A stretch of 63,033 nucleotides of DNA, counting the filler, from Hyphochytrium catenoides (Eukaryota; Protista; Hyphochytriomycota): assembly GCA_900088475.1 (NCBI GenBank). It is 10 parts of 10 records of this genome, joined end to end, with 100 filler letters (N's around TTAATTAATTAA, not from the genome) between each part and the next. Parts side by side here need not be neighbours in the genome. Positions count along the whole stretch, not along the records: positions 26,485 to 30,711 come from FLMG01001088.1; positions 30,812 to 45,872 come from FLMG01002323.1; positions 45,973 to 58,660 come from FLMG01002259.1; 7 more parts are not named here. The stretch is one strand, 5' to 3'. Positions 29,584 to 46,872 of this stretch are shown here, piece after piece; positions within the stretch are counted from its first letter, which is position 1; each line of letters starts with the position of its first letter. A model generated the notes under the pieces. It was not told the DNA's origin. It saw only the letters and a program-made list of their open reading frames with translations, and did no database searches. The position numbers and the translations under genes are program-made.

Positions 29584-30523
29584 GAGAGACGAAGAGCCTT
29601 TTTATTTTTGGTACCTGAGGCAAGGCTCCTTCATCTTCCTTCCCTGCAGGCAGCCTTTCCTCCCCATCCACAGGAGAGGCGCGATCTTCTCTTTCTTCTT
29701 TTCTTCTTTCTCTTTCAGCCCGCAAGCTTTCTATTCCTCGTGATAGGCGCTGGAGAGAGCAAAAGTATGAGACAAACAAAAGACAAACGGAGAGAAACAG
29801 AGAGAGAGAGAAAGGGAGAGAGAGACAGAAAGAGAGAGAGGAAGAGTCAATATGGAAAGAGAGAGAGAGAATCATATGGAAGGACAGAGTATCACCTAAA
29901 CAAGAGAGAGTCAGGAAAAGAGGAGAACAGAGTGGAAAGGAGAAAGCCAAGAAAGAGGCAGAGAGAGGGAGGAAGAGAGAGAGAGGATGTGAAAAGAGAG
30001 GGGTACAGAGTAAAAAAGTAAGGAGAGAGAGAGAGAAAGAGAGAGAGAGAATGAGAGAGAGAGAAAGAGCACGAGAGGAAAGGATAAATAGAATTGAGAG
30101 AATCGATGAGAGAGGAGAGAGTGAAGAGAGAGAGAAGAGACAGAGAGAGAGAGAGAACAGAGAGTGGAGAGAGAGAAGAGAGAGTGAAGAGAGAGAGAAA
30201 GAGAGAGCAAGAGAGAGAAATAGAGAGAAAGCCCACGGGAATTCTTGCTGCTTACGTCTCTTGTCTCGGCATCCAGGAAGGTAGCTCTCTCCAGTTCTCT
30301 CTCTCCTTCCTCCAGCTTGCCGGTCTTTATATAAATGTGGAAGAAACGCAACTGGAAGAGACGCTGGTACCGAGACGAGAGAAGAGAAGAGGAGGGAGAG
30401 ATGGAAGAGAGAGAAGGAGAGAGAGTCTCTCTCTCCTTTATTGCTCTCTCTAGTCGGCTCAGCATTTCTTCAAGAGAGAGAGAGGCCTGGTCAGACTCCC
30501 CCATTTGGAACAGTAGCTGCAGC
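29191..30523 (-). CDS. Tail-anchored helical protein, PEX26/APEM9-like (last three exons)
   Basis: Exons 30523-30256, 29749-29615, 29436-29191 are in phase. YQRLFQLRFFHIYIKTGKLEEGERELERATFLDAETRDRLSRGIESL, charged linker, single C-terminal TM (GLVVTLGLAVVSAALVY), basic residues and a short tail. Confidence 0.55.
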
Positions 30524-31367
30524 CTAAGAGAGAGAAAGAGAGAAGGAGAGAGAAGAAGCGAAAGAGGGAGAGAAGCAAAGAAGAGGGAGAGGGAAGAGAA
30601 AGAGTAAGACTGCGTGAGGAAAGAGAATCATTGGGCGAAGGGAGGCAGTCTGTCCTTTTTGGAAATTGAGAAAGAGAAGGGAGAGAAGAGAAGAAGAGAG
30701 AGAGAGAGAGANNNNNNNNNNNNNNNNNNNNNNNNNNNNNNNNNNNNNNNNNNNNTTAATTAATTAANNNNNNNNNNNNNNNNNNNNNNNNNNNNNNNNN
30801 NNNNNNNNNNNAGAGAGGGGGAGAGAGAGAGAGAGAAAAAAAAAAACGAAAGAGGGAGAAGAAGAACCTCGCCTCTACGAAAGGGAGAGAGAAGAGGGAA
30901 GTGCTCCCAAGGTCCTCGAGTCCTCGAGACAAAGAGAGAGAGAAACTTCTTATTTTGGAAAGAGGAAGCCTCAGGGGGAAGAGAGACTGCGCGCACGAGG
31001 ACCGGAAGAGAGAGAGGACAAGAGAGAAAGACTTTCCTCGGACAATAGCAAGGGAGAGAGAGAGACACAGAAAGAGAGAGAGAGGGAGGTTGGATGAAAG
31101 ATGGAGATGTAAGTTACTAAGATTCAGAGTCTGATGAAGGGGAGAGACGGGATCTAACTGGAGAAAGGTGCAGGTAGAGTCTGAGAGAGCAACGCCTGGG
31201 GGGTCTGGCGGCAAGGTTATTTCCTAGCTTGGGGGAAGTCATCAGGCTTCCTCTTTCCTGGTCTCTCTCTCTCTCTCTCTCCCTCTTTCTTCCTTTTTTC
31301 CCCCTTCTCCACGTTGTGAGACTTTGTCNNNNNNNNNNNNNNNNNNNNNNNNNNNNNNNNNNNNNNN

Positions 31368-31401
<34 letters not shown>

Positions 31402-31786
31402 CTCTCTCTCGTTGTTCTCTCTCTCTCTGTCTCTCCTTTTCTTTCTCTCTGTCTCTCTCTTCTTTTCTGTTCTCTGTCTTTTCTCCTCTCTCTCTCTCTG
31501 TCTCTCACTCTCCCCTACCCCCCAAGATAACCGCTAACAGCATGATTCTCTCCAAACCCCATCAAACAGTAATTTAAAGATTTGAATATGTACGAGAAGG
31601 CATAAGAAAATGAACAAATAGACAGTTTGAGATCGTAAGATTCAGTGGTGTGTGGGATGGGTGGCGGCGATGGAGGCGTCAGAGAGCTTCAGAAGCTTCA
31701 GAATTCAATCTGCAGAAAGCTTCAAAAGTGTCTGTTAAGGACATTCCGATAGGGTCTGCCTCCCTGCTAGTGTACGGACTCTCACG

Positions 31787-32206
31787 CTATAAGCTCTGGG
31801 TTCCTGGCTTGTTCTCTTCCTGCTCGGTTTGGGTTTGATCGAAGAGTCTTTTCCCCAGAGTTCTTTCTTCTTGTTGGTATTTGATTCTTCCTTGGACGCA
31901 CGTTGGACCCAGTTGGCCTGCGATGTTAGCGACCTGGTAAGTCATGGAAGGGCCTCTGGAGTCTTTTATTAGCTGTCTCTTTCTCCCTTCCTTGTCGTGT
32001 GCAACAGTCTCGAGAGGGATTAGAGTCGTTCTTTCTTCATTGGCGTTTCTCTTCCTTTCAGCTTCGATCTGTCTCCCTACTAGGTTTCTTTGCCGCTTCG
32101 CGTGTGATGCAACTGTTATCTTCACATGAGTGCTCTGGCACGCTGAAGATAGAAAAACGTACACTCTAATTTTTTGCTGATGCTTTCGCGGCACACTGTC
32201 TTTCAC
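31787..32206 (-). CDS. Hypothetical ORF or exon
   Basis: 139 open codons in non-repetitive sequence; no recognisable motif. Confidence 0.25.
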   Translation of the reverse strand: MKDSVPRKHQQKIRVYVFLSSACQSTHVKITVASHAKRQRNLVGRQIEAERKRNANEERTTLIPLETVAHDKEGRKRQLIKDSRGPSMTYQVANIAGQLGPTCVQGRIKYQQEERTLGKRLFDQTQTEQEENKPGTQSL

Positions 32207-32597
32207 AACTTTCTTTCTCCCTTCTCTCTCTGTGGATTATGCTCTCTCTCTCTCTCTTTCTCTCTCTTTCTCTAGGATGACTCCGTATTATTCTATGAGT
32301 CTAACACACTCTCTCTCGCTTTTTTCTCCTAATGGTAGGTCGTGTTGTCAGAGACCGGTCAGCCGCTTCGTTTACAGAGAAGAAAGGGAATACAGATAGC
32401 TCATGTGTGAGATAGAGGGAGAGAGAGAGAGACAAAGAGAGAGAGAGAGAAAACAGATGGGGTCTCTCTTCTTGTTTGTCTGTCTGCTTTCTTCGCTACT
32501 CGGGCCCTTTAAGGTCTTTCGTCTATAATAACACTATCATTATACAGCCGAATCGACATTTAAATAAATGGGTGTCTTCTTTATAATTGTTCTCCAG

Positions 32598-32639
<42 letters not shown>

Positions 32640-32826
32640 CCTCTCTCTTTCTCTCTTTCTGCGGGTTACTTCTCTTTCGTGTTAGCCGCTCCGCTCCTCC
32701 TGTCTTTCTTTCTCTCTCTTATTGCTTTTACAGTTCTTAGAGTCATTTTATGACAGAGAAAGAGTGAGCGACACCAATACTCTCCCTCTCTCTTCTCTCT
32801 CTCTCCCTTCTCTCTTAACTCTCTCC

Positions 32827-36348
<3,522 letters not shown>

Positions 36349-36395
36349 CTAAGAAGGGCAGGCGAAGATAAGGGAGAAAGGGGAAAATAAGTGAC

Positions 36396-36428
<33 letters not shown>

Positions 36429-36776
36429 GAGAGAGAGAGAGAGGTCAAAAACGACGAAAAGAGAGGCAATGTTTAGAAGGAGGATAGCAAAAGAGAGACA
36501 ATCAAGTAGCTAGAGATAGGGGGCAGAGAAAGAAAGAAAGAAAGAGAGAACGAGAAATGAAAGGAAGGAAACATGGAGAGACAGAGGGAGAAAGAGAAAC
36601 ACAGCGACAGAGAGAGTCACACACACACACTCACACGGAAGAAGAGCAAGGATGGCGAGAGAGAGAGAAAGAAAGAGAGAGAGAGAGAGAGAGTAAAAGA
36701 GAGAGTAAAAGAGAGAGAGAAAGAAAGAGAGAGAGAAAGGAAGAGAGAGAGAGAGAGACAGAGAGAGAAAGGAAGA

Positions 36777-36809
<33 letters not shown>

Positions 36810-37310
36810 GTTGAGAGAGCGGGAGAAGAGGCAGAGTTGTAGAGAGCGATAGAAACGCTGCTTATGTACAAAGCCTTTCACTCTCTCTCTTTCTCTTCTG
36901 CTCTTTCTATCTCGTCATGGCCTAGAATGCTTCTATAGGACCCTCTTCTCTGTCTCCAGACATCCTCATCTGTCTCCCTCTCCTTTGAAGTCTCTGGCTA
37001 TTATCTCGTCATCCCCTGAGACAGGATCCAAGAATTTCTTTTACAAAGGACCGCCTTCTGTCTGGGGTACCTCGATAGTGGACAGATAGCTCTTGGCAGA
37101 GAAGGGACAGACTGTCATTCTTCTTAAAGAGTGCGGAAAGCTTCGCTTGGGACTGTTAAAGAGGTCAAAGCGCTGCCTCCGGCAATGAAAGCTGTCTCTT
37201 TTCCTTGTCATTATGGCCCAGAGACTCTTCTGTTAACCTAAAAGGGTGACTAGTGCTTATCCTGACTCGGCACGTCTCTCTCCTATCTCTCCCACTCTGT
37301 CTCTTGCCTC

Positions 37311-37783
37311 CTAAGACGGTGCTGCCCCATAGCTCTGCCTAATGACCTGCCCAAGGTACTCTGCATAGGAGTAGGAGCCTCCTGGGAAGGCAGCTCTGTC
37401 TTCTACGAGCTTCGAGAAGAATCGTGCCTCCAAAGGATTCCCTTCTCTTAGAATGGTGAGGGCGAGGAAGGTGGTTCTCTCCTCTCTCAGGGCCTTGATA
37501 ATATTGTGTACGCGGGTCGAGAGATCGTCATGAGCAGGCTGAAGCTTCAGCTGCGTGAGATTGAGAAGGGGCGAGAGAAGGAGAGAGAAAGAAAAAGAGC
37601 AAGAGAGACCGTTAGTTGAAGCATGAGGCACAGTGCAGAGAGTGATAACATTGGGGAACGGCCAGAAAGTAGATGGGAATAGGAAGATAGAGCAATGCCA
37701 AAGTGGGTCATGTAAGCTGGAACTTCTGTGTCGAAGTAACACTGCTTCATGGAGTCTCTCCCTGTCTGTTTGATCTCCTTCCT

Positions 37784-37820
<37 letters not shown>

Positions 37821-38412
37821 ACGTCTGCCCCTTCTGTTCGCCATTTGTCTCTGTCTCTTTGCTTTTTGGGCCTACCTGCGCAGGATCAACACCTTCCAGG
37901 CTCTGCAAGCTGAAGAGAGAGGAAAGGAACTGTGGAGAGACTCCTCTCCCCACCCAGAGGGTAAGAGAGATGCCATCCTCCAAGAGAAACGCCCCTTCTG
38001 AGCTCAGCTTTTCTATGGAGAGAGAAACAACAGGAGGGAGAAGAATATTCTCTTGGCCTGCCGTCATGGAAGATTCTGCCTCTGCCTTTTCCGGAGAAAT
38101 CGCTTTCCCGCACTAAAGAGAGATGATGACGTTCATTAGCTTCAAGGGAAAGACAATTGGACGCTAATCAAGGCTAATAGGGGAAAGAGGGAAGCGATGA
38201 GAGAGAGCAATTAGAGCGAGAGAAGGGAAAAGAGCAAGAGAGAGAGAGAGAAGAAGAGATGAGGGAACAAGGAGAGCGAGACAAAGCAGAAGTAACGCTA
38301 GATCAGTAACGACAAAACAGAGAAAAGCCATACCTTTTCACCCATCGTATGCAGCGCGAACAGTCGGGGATAGATAAAGACTCGCGATTCTTCGCTCGTC
38401 ATGTTGTTCAGC

Positions 38413-38458
<46 letters not shown>

Positions 38459-39409
38459 TCGGGGTTTAAAGAGAGAGAGGGGGTTAAGTTTTCATATATA
38501 TATATATATAAAGAGAGAGAGGNNNNNNNNNNNNNNNNNNNNNNNNNNNNNNNNNNNAGATCAGACCCGCCACGGAACGCACCAGACTTCTGAAGAGCCA
38601 TCTGCAGAAGAAGCAAGAGAGAGAGGGAGAAGATGCCTCAATGGTCAGCCGTCGTACCAATATAAATAATGTGCGGTAGCAGAAGTGACAGCAAATGCAA
38701 AGAGAGAAAAGATTGAGAGATGTGTCTCTCACCGTGTACAGAGGGAGAAGCTGCAAGCTCTCCGGGAGATTGAGCTGCATATGTCCGCCCTGCTGCATGT
38801 ACCCGCCGCCCACAGTGGATCGGAAGGCCCGGATGATGTCCACACAGCGTGTTTGAAGACTCTGACGAGCGGGATCCAGCCCAGATCTCTGCGCCTGCTC
38901 CAATGCTACAGAAAGAGAAGACAGCGAGAGCGAGCAACGGAGAAGAGAGCTGAGTGTCACAAGCAAAGAAGGAGAGAAATGTCTTCCCTACTTCCATCAG
39001 AAGGTAAGAGGCGGACAGCACCCGAGACAGAGTAGGGCCAGTACACCAGAATGCCATAGATGAACGGCAGAGAGCTACCCTGAGAGCTTGTCATAGAGAA
39101 CATATGAATTGAATACTCCGTACCGTTCTTTGCCAAGAGATTGCAGATAGAGTCCACATCTGCAGACCGGAAGACGTCAGCAACAATGGACGTGACAGGC
39201 ACGGCCGCTGTGTGCACCCTGATCCTTCTCTCTCCGCAAGAGGCGGTGTAGAGCAGCGCGGACTGGACGGTGATGATGTTAGTCGATAACACGGCGTCGG
39301 AGAACGTGATGTCCATGCCAAACACTGAGTCAGCGCTGCAGTTTGGAAGGGCCAAGAGGTCCTGGCCACGAATGAAGTAATTTCCATAGAAATTGGTGAT
39401 CTGCAAGCC

Positions 39410-39448
<39 letters not shown>

Positions 39449-42400
39449 GAGGAGAGACAGAGACAATAGAGAAAATGAGGTGAGAACAAAGGGAGACATA
39501 GTGGTCAGAGAAGAGAGTCAATTGAACGAAAGCAACCGGGCAGGAGCAGAGAAGCGCGACTGGTGCACAGGGAGAGCCAAGTGGGGAAAATAGTCTTTGC
39601 GGAAGGAGGGAGAGAAGAGAAGAGACAACGCCACAACTACACAGAGCGAGAGAAAGAGAGACTGGAGGCATTGGTGACAAAGAATAGAGAAAAATTTTAC
39701 CTCGAGTGCATCTGACTCTCATGACAGCCTCCCAGGCCGTGATCCGAGTTAGATTTCGAGCCAACTCCGCGCGGAACTTCTCTCCGTGCTGCAGCTCTGT
39801 GAAGTCTTTATAGTAGTAAAGCTGACCGCCAGTGAATCGGGGTAAAGTACCTAGAGTGGAAGTGTGAGGAAGAGAGAGAAACATTGAGGTTTGCAAGGAG
39901 GGAAGAAAGAGAGAAAGAGAAAGAAAAGAGAGGGGCAATGAGGCGCAGTGAGACAATGAGAAGTTATGAGACAGCTTATACTAGGATGAACGTTAAGGAG
40001 AAGAGTAGGAGAGAAGGACGAAGTGAAGACAAAGAGAGAGAGATGAAAGCTGTCGCAGTCTCCTCTCTCCTTACCAAGCGTAGCGACGTCGATGTACTGG
40101 TGAGAGAAGAGAAAGAGGTCAACAGAGACTTGCTGCCTCGAGAACTCTATCGCATTCTTCCTATAATATTCATCAGCACTCTGGAAGAGAAGATGCTCCT
40201 TGTCCGTTCCCCTTTCTCTCCCTGTTTCCCTGTGTTTCAGTGTTCCCTCGCCAAGAGATGGGAGAGAAGATTGGAAGAGCATCATCTTTCCGCCAACATG
40301 CGCAATGACGCGGAAGGCCGCCCGGATGGCGGGCCCTAGACAGCTCTCCACATTGCGAGTGGCCTGTCAAAGAAGATCAAGACAAGATGATTAGAGTTCC
40401 GACCAAAAGATGGGACTCCACCGCACAGAGAAAGATACACAGAGAGAGAGAGAGAGAGAGAGATTAGAAGGACGGCAGCTCACTTGCAGATGGCCCCGCC
40501 GTCTGCCTAGAGAAAATAGATTGAAGACTGACACAGAGGTACCATTCCCCTCATCCACGCACAAACGCGGTCTACACTTCGAGAGTGGATGCTACGGCCT
40601 CTCTCTCGTATCTTTCTCTTCTCTACTTCTCCCCTAGCTCAGTTTTAGAGCTGAAGAGAGAGAGAGAGAGAGACAGAAAGAGAGGCAGATAGCGTAGTCC
40701 ACCTTCTTTAGTTCAGACAAGAAGTAGTTCTAATCATTGGGGCGGAACTTGTGTGAAGTGCTTGCTCTCTTCCATCTCCGGCCCCCTCACCTGATGTATC
40801 GATGGCAGCTGGTCCAGCAGCGCCTCGATCTGTGCCCTAGAGTCCTGCAGATTGACTAGAAGATCGTCCGGAATGGGAATGAAGAGATCTGCAATGTCTG
40901 GTACAACCAGCATCTGGGGCGAGGACAGCGTGGACTGTCCAGGAAAAGAGAGAGAGAGAGGGCGGAGGGAGAGACAGGGATAAATAGAGGGAGAGAGAGA
41001 GTGTATATATAAAAGAGAGAGAGAGAGGGAGAGGGAGAGAGAATTAGGAACAAGACGGAGCACATGGATAAGTGAAGAATAACCTTAGAAGTAAAGATAA
41101 GAGTCGAGAAAGGGACAGAGAAAGTAAGCCCTGGGTAACCTTCATCCATAGGGATGAGATCGACCGACCGTGCGATGAAAGACAGATAAGCAACGAAGAG
41201 AAGAAAGAGAGAGAGAGAGAGCGATTCAACGCATAAACCTTGAGGTTATAATAGTGCACGGCCGAATCAAAGGTAATGAATCCAATTTGAGTGCGGTCCG
41301 AGGTCTTTCCTCCATGCAGCTTGTCCAGATTCTCTTTGATTGTCTCGCAGGCGACCTGCGGCACATTAATAACGTTAGAACGACATGCAGCTCTTCCTCC
41401 CTGCCCTTGCTAACCAGCAATCCTTTCTCTCTTCTCCATTCATCCTGCTTACTCTCTCCATACCTTGAGCATGCCTGACTGCACCGCGTTGACAGAGACA
41501 TCGATGACGAAAAAGTAAACTGGCGCCTGAGGCGGCCGAACCATATACTCTGCCGGAGCTACAAGCTCTACAGCTCCAGAACGAAGCTCCGGCCGCTGCA
41601 TGCCGCCAAAAGGAGGGTCAGCCGGGAGAACCAAGAAGAAGGAAGGAGCAAAGAGCCATAACAAGAGGCTTCCCAGTAGGAAGAGGGAGAGCGTTTTGAG
41701 CAAGACCACTAACAGGAGCTCTTAGATCTAGTAGTGGAAGAGGGGAGACAAATTTCTGGACTCCTAGGCCGAAGCTGCCCAGATAGAGAAAGAGCGATAG
41801 CGAACGGGGGAAAGACGCACCTGGTCTCTGTCTCGCCTAACTCCACGCTCATCCAGGTGACAAAAGTAGGCGCTGGGAACTGTGCAGCAGTAGAAGAGGT
41901 AGCGGCGGAAGAGAGAAATCGAATGAGTTTTCTATGCCCCACTTAGAAGGCTGCTTGTTCACAAGGCTATCGTCTGAACACCGAAGCTCACAAGTGGATT
42001 GAGTCCTTAGCGTGACTCTAGGACTGAGCCTCTACCCTTTTTGACAGCCTATGCGGGCCATATCTCTCTCTCTGTGCTATTCCCTTCCCTTTCTCTCTTA
42101 CCATTGTTTAGCTTGCCGCAGATGTTGCACTTCCATCTCCTCCCATTGTCGATCCACTGCACGAAGGGGTTGATATACGTACGGCACGGGGTGCACCGTA
42201 CAATGTTTACCGGTCCGAAGTTCACTACCTCTACGTCGTCCTACACGTGTATCAAGACGTAGGGCAGCAGACATGGGCTATAATAAGATCTATGAAAGAG
42301 GCTACTAGCAGCGAGAGAAGAAGGAAAGGTAGATATTTGCAGACAGAACGACAGAGAGAAAGATCCCCATCCCTTGCCAGATCGTCTGAATCTACTGCTA

Positions 42401-44097
42401 CGTCCTTGGAGTGGATGAAGAGGCATGCAGTCACCTCTGTCTGTCCCTTTTTTTCACTGCCTAAGATCTAACATCGCAGGCCTTACCTCTCCCTTCTCAT
42501 TAGGCACAAGAGGTCTAATGAGGCATCCGATGGGGACACGGGCCTTCTCAGCAAAGGTTTTGGAGTTGGGGATCGCGCCGACGGACATTTTCATGAACCG
42601 CTGCGGACACTGAGCCTGTAAATCCAACTCTGAGAGGACGGCTGGTCCTGCGGTGCCCGGATAGCCAGCCTGACCCGCAGGCATTCCACCAGCCATAGAT
42701 CCTGGAGGTGGTGGTCCATAACCCGCTTGAGCTCCAGCGGGACCTGTGGGTGGCTGAGCTCCATAGCCAGACTGCGGCGGCGGAGGGCCTTGAGCGCCTG
42801 CAAAAGCCGGTCTTGGCGGGCCATATCCAGGTTGAGATGGAGGGTAACCTTGCTGAGTGGGAGGTGGCGGGGGCGGTCCCGCTTGGAAGCCTTGTGAGGC
42901 AGGAGGTCCCCTCCCCGGGCCCAAGCTCATTTGCTGAAAAGCTTGGGTGGGAGGAGCTGGGGCAGTAGGAGACGCATGCAAGAGATACGCAAGACCAAAA
43001 AGAGGAAGGAGTGTCAAAAATAGGAAGGCACACGGATGCAAGACAGGCAAATCGCGTTCAGCAGGAGGCGGCAAGGCAGGCAATAGGAGAAGGGTAACCT
43101 AAGTTCACTGGAAGCTGCAGTAAGGATAGCGCATCATAGTAGTGCGAGAGCCGAAGGGACGAGGAAGAGAGAGCGACGAACAAGGGGCTTTGCAGAGTCG
43201 CACCTGAGGAGGTTGGAGGCGGTGGAGCGCCGTAGCCTCCTGGAGCTCCTGGTGGAGGTCCCATCGGCCCTGAGGTGGGAGGAGGAGGAGGTCTTGGGCC
43301 TCCCATCGAGGAAGCCGGAGGAGGAGGGCCTGGAGGTGCTCCAAATCCTGCGGATGGGGGAGGAGGAGCCTTGAAACCTGCACTAGAGGGTGGAATGCCA
43401 AAGCCCGTAGGGCCGCCAGGAGGAGCACCGAAGCCTCCTGAAGGCGGAGGAGGAGCACCAAATCCAGCGCCAGCACCAGGACCGCCTGCGATTGGGGGAG
43501 AGACCACATAAGCGAACGAGGACCGAGGTTAGAAGATAGAGGCGGCGAGGTAGAGCCATGGTAAGGAGGGAGAAAGACGGGCTAAGTGCTAAGTCCTTGA
43601 TAAGGCGCAGAGAGAGAGAGAGAGATGGAGTCAAAGGGTGCTATAGAGGAAGCTAAACACGTTACGATGCAGGAAGAAGAAAGAGAGTCAGCATAAGAAT
43701 TAAGACAGAAAGAGCTAAGCAGAACCTGAGAACAAGAGTGAGGATAGGACGAGACATCTACCGCTGTTGGATGCCAGACCAGCACTCACAGTCCGCAAAA
43801 AGCGAGGATGAGAGTGAGAGATAGACAGACAAAGAGAGAGCGAGAGAAAGAGACACAGCACGGACCTCTGGGAGGTCCAGCGGCTCCTGGTCCTGTGGAT
43901 GGTGGTGGCGGTCCGAGGGACCCAGAAGCAGGAGGCGGAGCACCGTATCCAGAGGGAGGAGGAGGGGCTCCATATCCTGAGGGTGGACCAGGAGGACCTC
44001 CAAAGCCTCCTGGCGGAGCTCCTACAGGCGCAGAGAGTCAGAGAGAAGGAGATTAAGCTTAGCCGAAGATTACGACGAGAGCTAAAGAAAGAGAGAA

Positions 44098-44128
<31 letters not shown>

Positions 44129-44582
44129 TATTTGCAGGCTCCATGCAACGCCGAGAGCAGAGGTAGCACGGAAGGAGATGATTTAGAGATAGAGAACTGG
44201 AATATGGGAAGCGCCAGTAAAAGAAACACGTTGAAAGAGAAGAAGTGATATGGGACCTTCATGGTGAAGAGAGGGAAGGGAAGGGGGAGAAAGAGGGAGA
44301 GAACGAGGTACATATATATATATATAGAGAGAGAGAGAGGGAGAGAAAGAGAGGCTCGAGCGACAACAGTGACAAAGAGTAGCGAACAGGCAAGAGACAT
44401 GAAATGGAGACCGAAAGAAAGCACTATCGTTCGACTATGACGGCCCTTAACCCGGACCAAACGAGAGGAAGAGACAACAGGAGAGACAGGAAAAGTCCCT
44501 TACCAAATCCTGGCCGAGGCGGACCAGCACCTGCTGACGCGGGGGGCGGAGGGCCGGGCGGCCCTGTCATGGGTCCGCTGCC
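37311..44582 (-). CDS. SEC24: COPII cargo adaptor Sec24 (Sec24A/B-like), ~17 exons
   Basis: Pro/Gly-rich N-terminus; zinc finger [20 protein letters not shown] (~42240-42110); [22 protein letters not shown]; QIGFITFDS; AWEAVMRVR; GERRIRVHT; [11 protein letters not shown]; LVEDR; TAG at 37311. Start is ATG 44570 or lies in the adjacent N-gap. Confidence 0.97.
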
Positions 44583-46631
44583 NNNNNNNNNNNNNNNNNN
44601 NNNNNNNNNNNNNNNNNNNNNNNNNNNNNNNNNNNNNNNNNNNNNNNNNNNNNNNNNNNNNNNNNNNNAGCAGCTGCACTGGCTCCAATCCCGCAGAATC
44701 TGCAGGCGACAACGTTTCCTCCTTTCTTGTCCTTTGCGCGAGCACTGCGCGAGTCAGGAGTCAGGAGAGCAGGGAAGTGCAGATGTTTTTGCTGCAGATA
44801 AGCCGGAGATGTGGAGCATCATTGGAATTTATTGCCCAGAGCAGGAGGGAGAAGAGACGGGCGACAAAACGTAGAAAGAGAAAGGAGAAAAAGAGCTCAG
44901 GCCAAAAGAAGAGAGAGGCAAGGAGAAAGTGAGATGAGAGAGGGACAGAGACAGAGAGAGAGCAAAGAGAGCGAGAGAGAGAGCGCGCGAGAGACAGGGA
45001 GAGAGAGAAAGAGAGAAAGAGAGAGAGAGAGAGAGAGAGGCAGAGAAAGAGAAAAAGAGAGAGAGAGCGAGAGAGAGAGAGAGACAGAGAGAGCGAGAGA
45101 GAGAGAGAGAGAGTTCGGATCTAGCCCAGTTTGAGCTGTGAGTCACGCGGCTATGGATGGATCCATAATATAGGGACAGGACTATTATTTGTACTCTAGC
45201 AATATGTACCTCTTAACCTACTCGAGACGGCTAGGCTCGACGTAGTAATACCTTGTTTATTATTCAAAACAAAAATGACGTCTATTCATAACAAAAGGAT
45301 ACTCATTAGGAATAGATATGGATTGAGCTAAAGGCCAAAGGAGCCACAAAAAAGATCGGCATCGCGGCTCTAAATCTCTTTTGGAGCTTATAATCAACAG
45401 GATTATTCAGAGATCTGAAGATCTGGAGATTTGAAGCTCGTGATCTTCATCCTTCCTTTTTCATTATTATTAAGAGGAGACGATCTGTTGGTTGGATGCC
45501 AAGATGCTGGATTGAGAAGACTAGAGAGCGGAAGACGAGAGATGAAAAAGCACAACGACTATATGCCAAGTCAGTCATCCATATGTCATAACAACAGGGA
45601 TGGTGAGTGGATCTCTTCCGTCGCGGAGAAGGAACTTCTGAAGATGCACCAGAATAAAGGTCCCTGCTTGGTACTGTTATGCTATTACTAGGGCTTATAA
45701 CAACCTGATAATATGTGTTTAGCCTATCCTACATCCCTCATGATTGCTATTGAAGACAAGAAGATAACCTTGCTAGTCAACCTTAATTGAACCATAGATC
45801 TTTCGGTTGAAAAACAAGCAGGCAGAATATCCGACCAAGCCACAAACGAGGAAGATGGCATAGGAGATGATANNNNNNNNNNNNNNNNNNNNNNNNNNNN
45901 NNNNNNNNNNNNNNNNTTAATTAATTAANNNNNNNNNNNNNNNNNNNNNNNNNNNNNNNNNNNNNNNNNNNNAGTAATGATGAGCGGAGAAGAAGGAGGA
46001 GGAGGAAGAGGTGAACCATCAGCAACCATCTCATCACCAGCAACCAACATGTCAACACCGTCGAGCTCAGCCGTCGCGAGACAAGCAAGAGGAGGGTCCA
46101 GCTGTTCGGGAGGAACGCGCTTCAAGATTCGAAGCAAAAAAATCATTGCTCGTTAAAAAAGGGCCAACTTTCCAATTGGTGTGGCCTTGATTATCAAGAT
46201 AGTAGTACAGAGAGTGTGAAGTCGACTACTGTTTGAGGAGGAAGAAGAGAAGCAAATATGTACTACGAAGCAACAAAAGAGAATGGACAAAGAGCTAAAA
46301 TAGGCCAAAAGAAAGCAAGAGCAGAGTAGCAGGACCTCGCCCAGCCCCCAAGGGCCGGGAACTGACTGAAGAAAGGCAAATGTGGGGCCACTAAGGAGGC
46401 GGCGGCGGCTGGGGGATCGTCCTCCTCCTCTCCAATAATTCGAGAGAGGAAAAAGTCTTGATCCTGCTCACGGTCAACAACCGAGAGGGCGTTGTCAGGA
46501 GCAGGAGCAGGAGCAGCGGCAGGAGCAGGAGAAGAAGAAGAAGCAGAAAAGAGTGGACAAGGAGAAGAGAAGAGGGGAGAAGAAGATAGCGTCGTGGCCC
46601 CAACCGGCGCGGCGGAAGGTCCGCCTGCGTC

Positions 46632-46872
46632 TCACATGAGATCTACCAGAAGGTCACAAATTTGGCTGTGAATGGGGCGGTCTGCTGCCTTATTTACAGT
46701 CTTCAGAGCAATACTCTCGTAGTAGCTGGCAGTTTGGACATAAGTTTACGCCGCCTTCATGAGACCCAGCGCTAAAGTGCCGATCGCACCAGCAGCATTT
46801 GAGCTTCTCCTTGAGACCAGGTCTAGTCTTGGTCTGGCACTTCGTGGGCGCAGAGATGATTGATGTCTTCAC
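46632..46872 (-). pseudogene. MYND-type zinc finger relic with frameshift
   Basis: CCWC...NLCPNCQLLREYCSEDC, then KAADRPIHSQIC in a shifted frame. Removing 4 nt at ~46690-46696 restores C-x7-H-x3-C. Confidence 0.65.
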
